Position numbers and translations under genes: made by a program. This document shows, piece after piece, positions 9,135 through 18,676 of a DNA stretch of 64,000 bases. The notes under the pieces were generated by a model that saw nothing but the letters and a program-made list of their open reading frames with translations, had not been told where the DNA came from and did no database searches. Source of the stretch: an uncultured Gemmatimonadales bacterium (GTDB taxonomy: Bacteria; Gemmatimonadota; Gemmatimonadetes; Gemmatimonadales; GWC2-71-9); NCBI GenBank assembly GCA_963828735.1, contig CAWHFW010000001.1, positions 64,001 through 128,000 on the forward strand, in the 5' to 3' direction. Each line of letters begins with the position of its first letter. The first letter of the stretch is position 1.

Positions 9135-11588
9135 ATGTCGCGCCGCGGACGTCGCCTCGCCGCGCTGTTCGCGGGCCTCGTGGTCCTGCTGTTCGCTGGA
9201 CGGTGGACCTCCGGCATCCTTGCGGACCGATGGTGGGCGGGCGAGGTGTCGCCCGCGGCGGTGGACTTCCTCACCGACTGGAACCTGCTGCGCGGGCTGC
9301 TCTCGCTCGCGGGGGTGGTCATCGCCGGCGCGTGGTTCATCGGCCACCTCGTGGCGGTGTACCGCGCCGTCGGGTCGGTCCAGGTCCGTCGCAGCGTGGC
9401 GAATCTGGAATTCCGCGAGGCGCTCACACCCGGAGCCCTTCTCGCCATCGCGGTCGCCGCCGGGGCGGTGCTCGGCGTGCTGGTCGGCAAGGGGGCGGGC
9501 ACGCACGCCGCCGAGGTGGCGCTTGGCTGGCAGGGCGTCACCTACGGCGTGCTCGAGCCGCTCCTCCAGCGGGACATCGGACTCTACGTCGCGCAGGTGC
9601 CTCTCTGGCGCGAGGCGCAGCGATTCGCGTTCCTGCTCGTCATGCTCGGGCTGGCCCTGGTCTTCGGCCTCTACGTCATCGTCGGCGCCATCCGGTGGCT
9701 CGACGGTCGTCCCGCCATCAACAACCACGCACGCACCCACCTCGGTTGGCTGCTCGTCGCCCTGGCGCTCACGCTCATGTGGGGCTACCTGCTCGAGCCA
9801 TTCGAGCTCGTGGCGGCTTTCGAGGGTCTGCCGGATCGGGCGGTCTGGCGCGGCACGACGTTCGTCGCGCCGCTCCTGGCCGGCGTGGCGCTCGCCACCG
9901 CGCTGCTGTCGGCGGTCTGGGCCGTTCGCGCGCGGCATTCGCTGGCTGCGGCGGGCTGGATCGTGCTGCCCGTCGCATCGCTGGTCGGCCACTGGCTCGT
10001 GCCGCCCGCGCTCGGCGGCGAGGGCGAGCCGGTCGTGGAGCGGCGGACGGTGGATCAATTCGAGCGCCTGGCGTACGGCCTCGATGCGTTGAGCGAAGGC
10101 GCGACGATGACGCGGAGCCGCCTGTCGCCGCCCTCGGTGCCGTCGCTCTGGACCCCGACCATGGCCACACGCCTGCTCGCCGCCGACTCGATCGATATCG
10201 TCGACGCGGACCCCGCGCTCCTCACCGTCGCGGGGCATGCGCGGCCCGTCTGGCTCATCGGCCGGACGCTTCCCGGCGGGCGCTTCGTCCTCAATGCTCT
10301 CGCGGACGACCGCACGGGCCCGGCCGGCGAGGCGCTGTACTACCGTCCGCAGGATTCGCTGCCCCAGCCGCTCGTCGTGCCGTGGCTGGACCTCGGCACC
10401 GGCGGCTTTCACGGTCACTCGCCTGCCTACCGCCTCGGACGGGACGACGATTCCGGCGTGTCGCTGGATTCGTGGCCGAGGCGCGTGCTGCTGGCATGGG
10501 CGCTTCAGGCGCCCGAGCTGCTCGGTCCATTGGACGGCGGCGCCCGGGTGGATTGGGCGCTCGCGCCGGCGGCGCGCCTCAGGGAGCTCATCCCGTTCGC
10601 GACGTGGGACGATCCGGTGGCGCGCGTCGTGGATGGAGAGCTGGAGTGGATCGCCGACGGGTATCTGCCCGCCGAAGCGTTTCCGCTCGCCTCGCGCGTG
10701 GACTGGGGCGGACACCGGATCGCCGGGCTCCGCGGCGCGCTGGTGGGGCTCGTCTCGGCACAGAGCGGCACCGTCCGGGTGTTCCTCCGCCCGGGCAGCG
10801 ACGCGCTGGCTGCCTCGTGGGCCGCGATCGCCGCGGGCGTGATCGAGCCGGCATCCTCGATGCCCGAGGGGGTCTGGCGCGCGGCGCCGTACCCCGCGGA
10901 GCTCTTCCGCGTACAGGCGCGGCAGCTCGAGCGCTCACCCCGGCGGCTGGGCACGCTGAGCGGTCGCACCGGCGCCGAGATGACCGAGCTGCCAAAGATC
11001 GACGCCGCGTGGGCCGACGACACCACGGGTCCCGTGCGGGTGGTCGCGTTCGAGCTGCCGGGCGAGCGCCGCCTGAGCGCGCTCCTGGTCGCGAGCCACG
11101 AGGACGAGACCGATGTCCTTCGTCTGGCGCGGCTCGACTCGGCCTCCGCGGTGTCGTCTCGGAGCGGCCTGGAAAGCCGCTGGGCCCGATTCCCTACCTA
11201 CAAGGCGTTGAGCGACTCGATCCAGGACGACGGGGGCCGGCTCGAACGCGGACCCGTTCGATTCGACCTGGGCTCCGACGGAGTCGTCGCCTACCAATCA
11301 CACTTCGGCGCGCCGGCCAACGGCCGGCCGGCGCTCGTGTGGGTCACCGTGGCCACCGGCGACCGGTTGGGCGCCGGGCATTCGATGAAGGAGGCTTGGA
11401 GCAACCTCCGCGGCACCACGGTCCCCGCCATCGCCGGCCAGGCCCAGACCACCCGGCTCGACGACGCCCGGCGCTATCTGCTCCGGGCCGACTCGGCGCT
11501 GCGCGCGGTCGACTGGGATGCCTTCGGCCGCGCCTGGAACGGGCTCCGCCGCGCGGTCGGGCTGCCCTCGGATTCGACGGTCCCGTGA
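9135..11588 (+). CDS. UPF0182-family membrane protein (divergent)
   Basis: N-terminal TM helices with D-x-WW, 'EPLLQRDIGLYV..VP', 'ARTHL', 'AYGLD', 'PFATWDDPV..VVDGELEWIADGY' and 'YPAELFRVQ'. C-terminal 'ALRAVDWDAFG' as in UPF0182 proteins. Confidence 0.7.
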   Translation: MSRRGRRLAALFAGLVVLLFAGRWTSGILADRWWAGEVSPAAVDFLTDWNLLRGLLSLAGVVIAGAWFIGHLVAVYRAVGSVQVRRSVANLEFREALTPGALLAIAVAAGAVLGVLVGKGAGTHAAEVALGWQGVTYGVLEPLLQRDIGLYVAQVPLWREAQRFAFLLVMLGLALVFGLYVIVGAIRWLDGRPAINNHARTHLGWLLVALALTLMWGYLLEPFELVAAFEGLPDRAVWRGTTFVAPLLAGVALATALLSAVWAVRARHSLAAAGWIVLPVASLVGHWLVPPALGGEGEPVVERRTVDQFERLAYGLDALSEGATMTRSRLSPPSVPSLWTPTMATRLLAADSIDIVDADPALLTVAGHARPVWLIGRTLPGGRFVLNALADDRTGPAGEALYYRPQDSLPQPLVVPWLDLGTGGFHGHSPAYRLGRDDDSGVSLDSWPRRVLLAWALQAPELLGPLDGGARVDWALAPAARLRELIPFATWDDPVARVVDGELEWIADGYLPAEAFPLASRVDWGGHRIAGLRGALVGLVSAQSGTVRVFLRPGSDALAASWAAIAAGVIEPASSMPEGVWRAAPYPAELFRVQARQLERSPRRLGTLSGRTGAEMTELPKIDAAWADDTTGPVRVVAFELPGERRLSALLVASHEDETDVLRLARLDSASAVSSRSGLESRWARFPTYKALSDSIQDDGGRLERGPVRFDLGSDGVVAYQSHFGAPANGRPALVWVTVATGDRLGAGHSMKEAWSNLRGTTVPAIAGQAQTTRLDDARRYLLRADSALRAVDWDAFGRAWNGLRRAVGLPSDSTVP

Positions 11589-11590
11589 GC

Positions 11591-11619
11591 TTGATCGGCC
11601 GTGATGCAGGGGCTAGGTT
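11591..11619 (+). promoter_or_regulatory. Putative sigma70-type promoter for arcC-sucCD operon
   Basis: TTGATC (11591-96), 17 nt, TAGGTT (11614-19) in the short intergenic gap. Confidence 0.45.
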
Positions 11620-11646
11620 CGGGGGCTTTTTCCCGAGGGCGAGCGC

Positions 11647-12588
11647 GTGAAGACGGCGGTCGTGGCCCTGGGCGGCAACGCGTTGGCGCGCGCCGATGTC
11701 CCCGCCACGGTGACGAACCAGTTCCGGCACGCGCGCGAGAGCATGGCGATGGTCGTCGAGCTGGCCAGGGCCGGCTGGCGCATCGTGCTGGTCCATGGCA
11801 ACGGCCCGCAGGTGGGCGACGAGCTGGTCCGGAACGAGATCGCGGGGCGCCTGATCGAACCGCTGCCCCTCGGTGTGCTGGTCGCGGAGACGGCCGGGTG
11901 GATCGGCTACATGCTGCAGCAGTCCCTGCAGAACGCGCTCGCCACCGCGCGGGTGGACCGCGACGTGGCTACCGTCGTGACGCAGACGCTGGTGGACCGC
12001 TACGATCCGGCGCTCGGCCGCCCCACCAAACCGATCGGGCGCTCGCTGACCGAGCCGGAGGTGGCGCGCCTTCGCGAGGCGGGGCGATCGGTCGGTCGCG
12101 ACGGCGCTGGCGACTGGCGGCGGATGACCACGAGTCCGAGGCCGCTGGGGATCGTCGAGCTGGGCGTGGTGCGGCACTTGGTGGAGCGGGGAACCATCGT
12201 GATCGCGGCGGGTGGCGGTGGCGCCCCGGTCTACGAGGATCCGCTGCTCGGCCTCGAGGGGGTGGACGCGGTCGTGGACAAGGATCGCGTCGCCGGCATT
12301 CTCGCCGCGCAGCTCGGGGCCGACGTGTTGATGATCCTGACGAACGTGGACGCCGTGTTCGAGGGGTGGGGCACGCCCGCGGCTCGACCGATCCGACGGA
12401 TGAGCGTTGCCCGCGCGGTCGAGCTCGTGGCATCCGGCGGGCTGGACGAAGGCGGCATGAAGCCGAAGGTCGAGGCGGCGACGGAGTTCGCGCGCTCGAC
12501 CGGTGGGCGCGCCATCATCGCGCGATTGAGTGACGGCCCCGCGGCGCTTCGCGGCGAGACCGGAACGACCATCACGAGGGAACCGTGA
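11647..12588 (+). CDS. arcC: Carbamate kinase
   Basis: VVALGGNAL, HGNGPQVG, PTKPIG, GVDAVVDKD, ILTNVDAV and GGMKPKVEAA motifs. GTG start. Confidence 0.92.
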   Translation: MKTAVVALGGNALARADVPATVTNQFRHARESMAMVVELARAGWRIVLVHGNGPQVGDELVRNEIAGRLIEPLPLGVLVAETAGWIGYMLQQSLQNALATARVDRDVATVVTQTLVDRYDPALGRPTKPIGRSLTEPEVARLREAGRSVGRDGAGDWRRMTTSPRPLGIVELGVVRHLVERGTIVIAAGGGGAPVYEDPLLGLEGVDAVVDKDRVAGILAAQLGADVLMILTNVDAVFEGWGTPAARPIRRMSVARAVELVASGGLDEGGMKPKVEAATEFARSTGGRAIIARLSDGPAALRGETGTTITREP

Positions 12589-13724
12589 ACCTGCACGAGT
12601 ACCAGGCCCGCGCGCTGCTCAAGGCGGCCGGCATTCCGATGTTCGAGGGCGACGTCGCCTCGACGCCCACTGAGGCCGAGGCCATCGCCCGGCGCATCGG
12701 CGGCACCGTCGTCATCAAGGCGCAGGTGCACGCGGGGGGTCGCGGCAAGGCCGGCGGCGTGAAGCTCGCGCGTAATCCCGCTGAGGCGGCGGACGAGGCG
12801 GCCCAGATCCTTGGCATGACGATCAAGGGGCTCACCGTCCACAAGGTGCTGGTCGTCCCGGCGGCCGAGATCGCGACCGAGAGCTACGTGGGCCTCATCA
12901 TGGACCGCGAGACGCAGCGGCCCGTGTTCATGGTGAGCTCCGCCGGCGGCGTCGACATCGAAGAGGTCGCGGCCAAGACGCCCGAGAAGATCGTCAGGCT
13001 CGCCGTGGATCCCACGTACGGCCTCTTCCCGCACCAGGCGCTCCGGCTCGCCTTCGTGCTCTACCGCGATTTCGCGCAGGTCAAGGCCGCTGCGAAGATC
13101 ATGGAGCAGCTTTACTCGGCGTTTGTCGACAACGGCGCGTCGATCGCGGAAATCAATCCGCTGGTGACCACGCCGGACGGACGGGTGCTGGCCCTCGACG
13201 CCAAGGTCGTCATCGACGACAACGAGCTGTTCTGGCGCCCGGACCTCGGCGTCCTCCGCGACGACTCCGCCGAGGAGCCGAGCGAGGCCGCCGCGCGGCG
13301 CGCGAACCTGTCCTTCATCAAGCTCGACGGCAACGTCGGCTGCGTGGTGAACGGCGCCGGCCTGGCGATGGCCACGATGGATCTGGTCAAGTACTACGGC
13401 GGGGAGCCGGCCAATTTCCTCGACATCGGCGGCAGCTCGAGCCCCGAGAAGGTCATCAACGCGCTCAAGATCATCACCGCCGATTCCCACGTGAAGGCGA
13501 TCCTCTTCAACATCTTCGGGGGAATCACCCGGACCGACGACGTCGCCAACGGCATCGTCGCGGCCACCAGCCAGTTCAAGGTGAACGTGCCCATCGTCAT
13601 CCGGCTCACCGGCACCAACGAGGTCGAGGCGATTCGCATCCTCGAGGGCGTCGGCATGCGCGCGCTGAGCGACATGGATCAGGCGGTCCAGCAGGTGGTC
13701 GAGCTGGCGCGGGGGGCCGCATGA
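12585..13724 (+). CDS. sucC: Succinyl-CoA synthetase beta subunit
   Basis: [38 protein letters not shown] and ANFLDIGG motifs. Confidence 0.97.
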   Translation: MNLHEYQARALLKAAGIPMFEGDVASTPTEAEAIARRIGGTVVIKAQVHAGGRGKAGGVKLARNPAEAADEAAQILGMTIKGLTVHKVLVVPAAEIATESYVGLIMDRETQRPVFMVSSAGGVDIEEVAAKTPEKIVRLAVDPTYGLFPHQALRLAFVLYRDFAQVKAAAKIMEQLYSAFVDNGASIAEINPLVTTPDGRVLALDAKVVIDDNELFWRPDLGVLRDDSAEEPSEAAARRANLSFIKLDGNVGCVVNGAGLAMATMDLVKYYGGEPANFLDIGGSSSPEKVINALKIITADSHVKAILFNIFGGITRTDDVANGIVAATSQFKVNVPIVIRLTGTNEVEAIRILEGVGMRALSDMDQAVQQVVELARGAA

Positions 13725-14593
13725 GCATTTTCGTCGACGCCAAGACGCGCCTCGTGGTCCAGGGCATCACCGGCCGGGAGGGCTCGTTTCACGCTCGCCA
13801 GATGCTGGAGTACGGCACTGCGCTCGTAGCCGGCGTGACGCCCGGGAAGGGTGGCCAGACCTTCGAGGGAAAGGTCCCGGTGTTCAACACCGTGGACGAG
13901 GCGGTCCGCGCTACGGGCGCCAACACCTCGGTCATCTACGTGCCGCCGATGGGCGCCGCCGCGGCGGTCGTCGAGGCGGCGGATGTGGGGCTCCCGCTCA
14001 TCGTGTGCATCACCGAGGGAATTCCGGTGATGCACATGAGCCGAGCCATGCCCTTCGTGCGGAGCCGCGGCGTGCGGCTCATCGGGCCCAACTGCCCCGG
14101 ACTCATCGCGCCCGGCGTCCGGGCCAAGGTCGGTATCATCCCGGGCAACATCTGCACGCCGGGTCGCGTGGGAATGGTCTCCCGCAGCGGGACGCTCACC
14201 TACGAGGTGGTCAACCACCTCACCCGCGCCGGCATCGGCCAGAGCACCTGCGTCGGCATCGGCGGCGATCCGATCATCGGCACGAACTTCATCGACTGTC
14301 TGCAGGCGTTCCAGGCCGATCCCGACACGGACGCGATCGTGATGATCGGCGAGATCGGAGGCACCGACGAGCAGAACGCCGCTGCCTTCGTCAAGGAGCA
14401 CGTCACCAAGCCGGTCGTGGGCTTTATCGCCGGACAGACCGCGCCCAAGGGCCGCCGGATGGGCCACGCGGGCGCGATCATTTCGGGCTCGTCCGGAACC
14501 GCCGAGGAGAAGCTCGCCGCGTTCGAGGCGGCCGGCATCGGGATCATGCGGCGGCCCGTTGACGTGGTGGAGCAGCTCCGGTCGAGGATGTGA
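13721..14593 (+). CDS. sucD: Succinyl-CoA synthetase alpha subunit
   Basis: [32 protein letters not shown] and RMGHAGA (phospho-His) motifs. Confidence 0.97.
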   Translation: MSIFVDAKTRLVVQGITGREGSFHARQMLEYGTALVAGVTPGKGGQTFEGKVPVFNTVDEAVRATGANTSVIYVPPMGAAAAVVEAADVGLPLIVCITEGIPVMHMSRAMPFVRSRGVRLIGPNCPGLIAPGVRAKVGIIPGNICTPGRVGMVSRSGTLTYEVVNHLTRAGIGQSTCVGIGGDPIIGTNFIDCLQAFQADPDTDAIVMIGEIGGTDEQNAAAFVKEHVTKPVVGFIAGQTAPKGRRMGHAGAIISGSSGTAEEKLAAFEAAGIGIMRRPVDVVEQLRSRM

Positions 14594-15492
14594 GGCTCGC
14601 CGACCTTCTCAGTCCGGTACGGGTGGTGGTGCCGCTCCCGGCCGCCACGCTCGAGGAGGGACTGCGGGTGCTGGTGGCCGCCTGCGTGGCCGACGGGCGG
14701 GTGGCGGACCAGCCCGGCCTCGAGGAGGCGATCCGGGAGAGCTGGCCCGAGGATACGGTGAGCCTGGGCCCGCACGCGTGGCTGCCGCACTTCCGGACCG
14801 ACGCCGTGCGGGGGCTCGTGGTGGCCCTGGGAATCGCCGACGCCCCGATCGTCGCGGGCGGGCGCGAGCCGGCCGGGGCGGTCCGCGGGGCCGAGCCGAG
14901 GATGATCCTGCTCATCGTGGCGTCTCCGCGGGACACGGCGGCCTATCTCCAGACCGTGGCGGCGTTCGCCCACGCGCTCGCGCGGACCGAAGTGGCGGAG
15001 GCGCTGCTCGCATCCCGCTCGAGCGCCGAGGTGCTGGCGCTGCCGGCATTGCGGGACCAGGAGCTCGAGGGCCAGCTCCGCGTCCGCGACGTCATGCGCT
15101 CGGAGATCGTGGCGCTCCGGCCGGATGAGACCCTGGAGGCCGCGACCCGGCGGCTGGAGCGATTGGGCGCGGACGCGTTGCCGGTGGTCGGCGACGGCGG
15201 CCAAGTGGTCGGCATGCTGTCGTACCGCGAGCTGTTGCGTCACCTCGCGCCCGCCTATGTGCAGCGCGTGACCGGAGCCGCCGCCGCGAGCCCGCCGGAT
15301 CCACGCTCGGTGCTGGTGCGCGACGCGATGGCGCGGAGCGTGTTCTGCGTGTCGGAGGACCAGACGGTGGCCGACGTCGCGCATCTCCTGACCAGCCGGG
15401 ACGTCGAACGGGTGCCGGTCGTTGCCGATGGTGTGTTGCGGGGCTTCCTGAGCCGCGCTGATCTCGTTCGGCGGCTGCTCGGCAGCCGCTAA
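14590..15492 (+). CDS. PTS EIIA(Fru/Ntr)-like domain fused to a CBS-domain pair
   Basis: N-terminal MRLADLLSP...EAIRE...[14 protein letters not shown]...ALG...LIV resembles PTS_EIIA_2 with its His retained. C-terminal VRDVM...LPVV..VGML / VRDAM...[14 protein letters not shown] is two CBS repeats. Confidence 0.75.
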   Translation: MRLADLLSPVRVVVPLPAATLEEGLRVLVAACVADGRVADQPGLEEAIRESWPEDTVSLGPHAWLPHFRTDAVRGLVVALGIADAPIVAGGREPAGAVRGAEPRMILLIVASPRDTAAYLQTVAAFAHALARTEVAEALLASRSSAEVLALPALRDQELEGQLRVRDVMRSEIVALRPDETLEAATRRLERLGADALPVVGDGGQVVGMLSYRELLRHLAPAYVQRVTGAAAASPPDPRSVLVRDAMARSVFCVSEDQTVADVAHLLTSRDVERVPVVADGVLRGFLSRADLVRRLLGSR

Positions 15493-15513
15493 CACTCACG
15501 CAGTGGAGGGGCT

Positions 15514-15945
15514 GTGGCCGGATCGCTGACGCTGGGAATCGTGAAGCCGGATGCCATCGAGACGGGCAAGACGGGGCACATCCTGGCACACCTGCAGGAG
15601 GCGGGCTTCACGCTCCGCGCTGCGCGCCTGGTCCGCCTGAGCCGGGCGGAGGCCGGGGCCTTTTACGCCGTTCATAGCGAGCGCCCCTTCTACGCCGATC
15701 TCGTCGCCTTCATGACCAGCGGGCCGTGCCTTCCCATGGCCCTCGAGCGGTCGGACGCCGTGGCGAACCTCCGGGAGGTCATCGGCGCGACCGACCCTGC
15801 CGAGGCGGCCGCCGGCACGATTCGAAAGCTGTACGCCGAGTCGAAGGGACGGAACGCGATTCACGCGTCGGACAGCGACGAAAACGCTCGCCGCGAGGTG
15901 GCGTTCTTCTTTCCCGAGGCCGAGCTCGCGGGGCTATGGGGCTGA
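15514..15945 (+). CDS. ndk: Nucleoside diphosphate kinase
   Basis: TLGIVKPDA, FYAVHSERPF, FMTSGP, GATDP, GTIR and NAIHASDS motifs. GGAGG RBS, GTG start. Confidence 0.96.
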   Translation: MAGSLTLGIVKPDAIETGKTGHILAHLQEAGFTLRAARLVRLSRAEAGAFYAVHSERPFYADLVAFMTSGPCLPMALERSDAVANLREVIGATDPAEAAAGTIRKLYAESKGRNAIHASDSDENARREVAFFFPEAELAGLWG

Positions 15946-15964
15946 TTCTCCGGAACGGCGTGAC

Positions 15965-15993
15965 TTGACCCAAGTTGTTGTCCCAGCTACTTT
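15965..15993 (+). promoter_or_regulatory. Putative sigma70-type promoter for yceD-rpmF-fab operon
   Basis: TTGACC (15965-70), 17 nt, TACTTT (15988-93). The ATG lies 8 nt downstream with no SD. Confidence 0.6.
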
Positions 15994-16001
15994 AAGCGGC
16001 T

Positions 16002-16481
16002 ATGCTGCGAGTGGATATTCGGGACCTCCAGCGAGGGCCCGTCCGGACCGATGGGGTGCTCGATTCCCACGATCCGGTGTTCGAAGGACTGGCGCTCGGC
16101 CTCAGTGAGCCGGTGACCGTCACCGGCCAGCTGCAGGCTACCGGCGACGGAGAGTATCTCTGGCGGGGGCACGTCCACGGGGTCGTACGCGGGGAGTGCC
16201 GTCGCTGCCTCACCGATGTGCTGGACGACGTGGACATCGATGTGAACGCCGCGGTGTTCACCACCGATCCCGACGCCGCCGACGATCCGGATTTCTATCC
16301 GCTCTCCGAGCGGGCGACCACCGTGGACGTCACCGAAGTGGTGCGCGAGGAGCTCGCACTCGCCGCACAGGCCGACCTCCTGCTGTGTCGGGAGGACTGT
16401 GCCGGACTCTGTCCCACGTGCGGGGCGGACCTGAACGCGGGACCGTGCGGCTGTCGCACCGACCCCGCCGAACCTGTTTGA
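16002..16481 (+). CDS. yceD: DUF177/YceD family protein
   Basis: CRRCL and [18 protein letters not shown] motifs. Canonical position before rpmF. Confidence 0.9.
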   Translation: MLRVDIRDLQRGPVRTDGVLDSHDPVFEGLALGLSEPVTVTGQLQATGDGEYLWRGHVHGVVRGECRRCLTDVLDDVDIDVNAAVFTTDPDAADDPDFYPLSERATTVDVTEVVREELALAAQADLLLCREDCAGLCPTCGADLNAGPCGCRTDPAEPV

Positions 16482-16488
16482 GGACATC

Positions 16489-16671
16489 ATGGCAGTCCCG
16501 AAGCGTCGGACCTCGAAGAGTCGGAAGCGTCTGCGTCGTGGCCATCACGCGGCGCCGAGCATGGCGACCCAGGCCTGTCCGCGCTGCGGCTCGCCCAAGC
16601 TGTCCCACCGGGTGTGCGATTCCTGCGGCTATTATCGCGGCAAGAAGCAGGTCGAGGTCGAGGACGCCTGA
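16489..16671 (+). CDS. rpmF: 50S ribosomal protein L32 (Zn-ribbon type)
   Basis: [17 protein letters not shown]...CPRCG...[10 protein letters not shown]. Confidence 0.97.
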   Translation: MAVPKRRTSKSRKRLRRGHHAAPSMATQACPRCGSPKLSHRVCDSCGYYRGKKQVEVEDA

Positions 16672-16673
16672 GC

Positions 16674-17687
16674 GTGATTCGCGTCGCCGTGGACGCGATG
16701 GGGGGCGACAAGGCGCCGCAGGCGGAGGTCGCCGGGACGCTCGAGGCACTCGCGAGCCTGCCTGAGTCCTTCGTGGTACAGCTGGTCGGTCGGAGCGAGG
16801 TCATCGAAGCCGAGCTGGCCAGGCATGCGGGGGTGGATCGAACCCGCATCGAGATCCACGAGGCGCCCGACGTCATCGGCATGGGCGAGAAGCCCCTGGC
16901 CGCCGTCCGGAAGAAGCCCAATTCGAGCCTCGTGGTCGGCCTCACGATGCAGAAGCAGGGCCGATCCGACGCGTTTCTGTCCGCGGGCAACACCGGCGCC
17001 ACGCTCGCCGCATCGACCGTGCTGCTCGGCCTTCATGACGGGGTCGAGCGTGCCACGGTCGCCACGCTGTTTCCCACCGGCCGCGAGCCCGTGCTGGTGC
17101 TCGACGGCGGCGCCAACCTCGACTGCACTCCAAAGGAGCTGGTGGGGTTCGCCCACCTGGGCTCGGTCTACGCGCGCGACATCCTCGGACTGCCCAAGCC
17201 GGTCGTCGGGCTGCTCAACATCGGCGAGGAGGAGGAAAAGGGCACGGCGATCGTGCGCGAGGCGCACCAGCTCCTCAAGCGGTCTCCCGGTCTGACCTAC
17301 GCCGGGAACATCGAGGGGCGGGACATCCTGCCCGATCTCCAGCGCCGCACCCACGTGGACGTGGTCGTGTGCGATGGCTTCGTCGGCAACGTGGTGCTCA
17401 AGTTCTACGAGTCCGCTGGCCGCCTCTTCGTCGGGCTCCTGCGGGAGCGTGTGCCCGACATTTTCGAGCGGCCGCCAGTCCGCGAGCTCGTGAGTCTCCT
17501 GGACTACTCTTCGTATGGCGGCGCTCCGTTGCTCGGCGTCCGCGGCGTCTCCATCATCTGCCACGGCTCTTCCAGTCCCAACGCCATCCGAAACGGCGTC
17601 CGCGTGGCCCTCCAGGCGGTCACGTCGGGCCTCAACGCGCACATCGCGGCCGAGTTCGCGCAACGCGAGCCCGCGGCGCGCACATGA
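16674..17687 (+). CDS. plsX: Phosphate acyltransferase PlsX
   Basis: VAVDAMGGD, SAGNTGA, LLNIGEEEEKG, GNIEG, DGFVGNVVLK, GGAPLLG and HGSS motifs. Start GTG 16674 or CTG 16668. Confidence 0.95.
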   Translation: MIRVAVDAMGGDKAPQAEVAGTLEALASLPESFVVQLVGRSEVIEAELARHAGVDRTRIEIHEAPDVIGMGEKPLAAVRKKPNSSLVVGLTMQKQGRSDAFLSAGNTGATLAASTVLLGLHDGVERATVATLFPTGREPVLVLDGGANLDCTPKELVGFAHLGSVYARDILGLPKPVVGLLNIGEEEEKGTAIVREAHQLLKRSPGLTYAGNIEGRDILPDLQRRTHVDVVVCDGFVGNVVLKFYESAGRLFVGLLRERVPDIFERPPVRELVSLLDYSSYGGAPLLGVRGVSIICHGSSSPNAIRNGVRVALQAVTSGLNAHIAAEFAQREPAART

Positions 17688-18676
17688 TTCCGCGACCGTT
17701 CGCCGAGGTGGCGAGCGTCGGCGTGGCCGTGCCTCCCGACATCGTCACCAACGAGGACCTGAGCCGGGTCCTCGACACCTCCGACGAATGGATCGTCGAC
17801 CGCACCGGCATCCGGGAGCGCCATATCGCCCGACCCGAGCAGACGGTGGCCATGCTCAGTCAGGAGGCGAGCGAGCGAGCCATGGCCGCCGCGGGCGTGA
17901 CGGCGTCGGACCTCGACACCATCGTCCTGGCCACCGCCAGCCCCGACCGGCTGCTCCCGTCCACCGCGTGCGACCTGCAGGCGCTCCTCGGCGCCGAGCA
18001 CGCCGCGGCGTTCGACATCGGGGCGGCGTGCCCGGGGTACGTGTACGCGCTCACCGTGGCGGAGGGCCTCATCGCGTCGGGTCAGAGCGAGACCGTGCTC
18101 GTGGTCGGGGCCGAGAAGCTGTCCACCATCACCGACTTCCAGGACCGCTCCACCGCGATTCTCTTCGGCGACGGCGCCGGGGCCTCGGTGGTGCGCCGAT
18201 CGTCGGCCCCCGGCCGCGGCATCCTCTCCACCTTCATCAAGTCCGACGGGCGCCTCGCGCCGCTGCTCTACCGGCCCGGCGGCGGCTCGGTCGACCCGAT
18301 CAGCGAGAAGGTCGTCTGCGAGCGGTCCCACTACATGAAGATGGCGGGGCGCGAGGTCTTCAAGGCCGCCGTGCTCGCCATGGCCAACGCGTGCGACGAG
18401 GCGCTCACCCGGGCGGGGGTCACGGCCGATCAGGTCGACCTGCTCGTGCCGCATCAGGCGAACCTGCGCATCATCGAAGCTACCGCGAAGCATGCCGGCC
18501 TTCCGATGTCCAAGGTCATGGTGAACGTCGATCGGTACGGTAACACGTCCTCGGCCTCCATTCCGCTCGCGCTCGAGCAGGCGGTGGCGGAGGGCCGGGT
18601 TGGTCCGGGATCGGTCGTGCTCGTCGTGGCGTTCGGCGCCGGGTTCACCTGGGGAAGCGCGGTGATCCGGTGGTGA
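17684..18676 (+). CDS. fabH: Beta-ketoacyl-ACP synthase III
   Basis: TSDEWIVDRTGIRER, AAC (catalytic), LFGDGAGA, PHQANLRI, GNTSSAS and FGAGFTWG motifs. Confidence 0.95.
   Translation: MIPRPFAEVASVGVAVPPDIVTNEDLSRVLDTSDEWIVDRTGIRERHIARPEQTVAMLSQEASERAMAAAGVTASDLDTIVLATASPDRLLPSTACDLQALLGAEHAAAFDIGAACPGYVYALTVAEGLIASGQSETVLVVGAEKLSTITDFQDRSTAILFGDGAGASVVRRSSAPGRGILSTFIKSDGRLAPLLYRPGGGSVDPISEKVVCERSHYMKMAGREVFKAAVLAMANACDEALTRAGVTADQVDLLVPHQANLRIIEATAKHAGLPMSKVMVNVDRYGNTSSASIPLALEQAVAEGRVGPGSVVLVVAFGAGFTWGSAVIRW

Noticed and set aside
2551..10715. Very long antisense and alternative-frame ORFs (e.g. 2551-4368, 4596-6212, 7698-10715, 8609-11650)
   Set aside because: These are shadow ORFs expected in ~70% GC DNA. 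They are Arg/Pro/Gly-rich, have no motifs and overlap well-supported genes.
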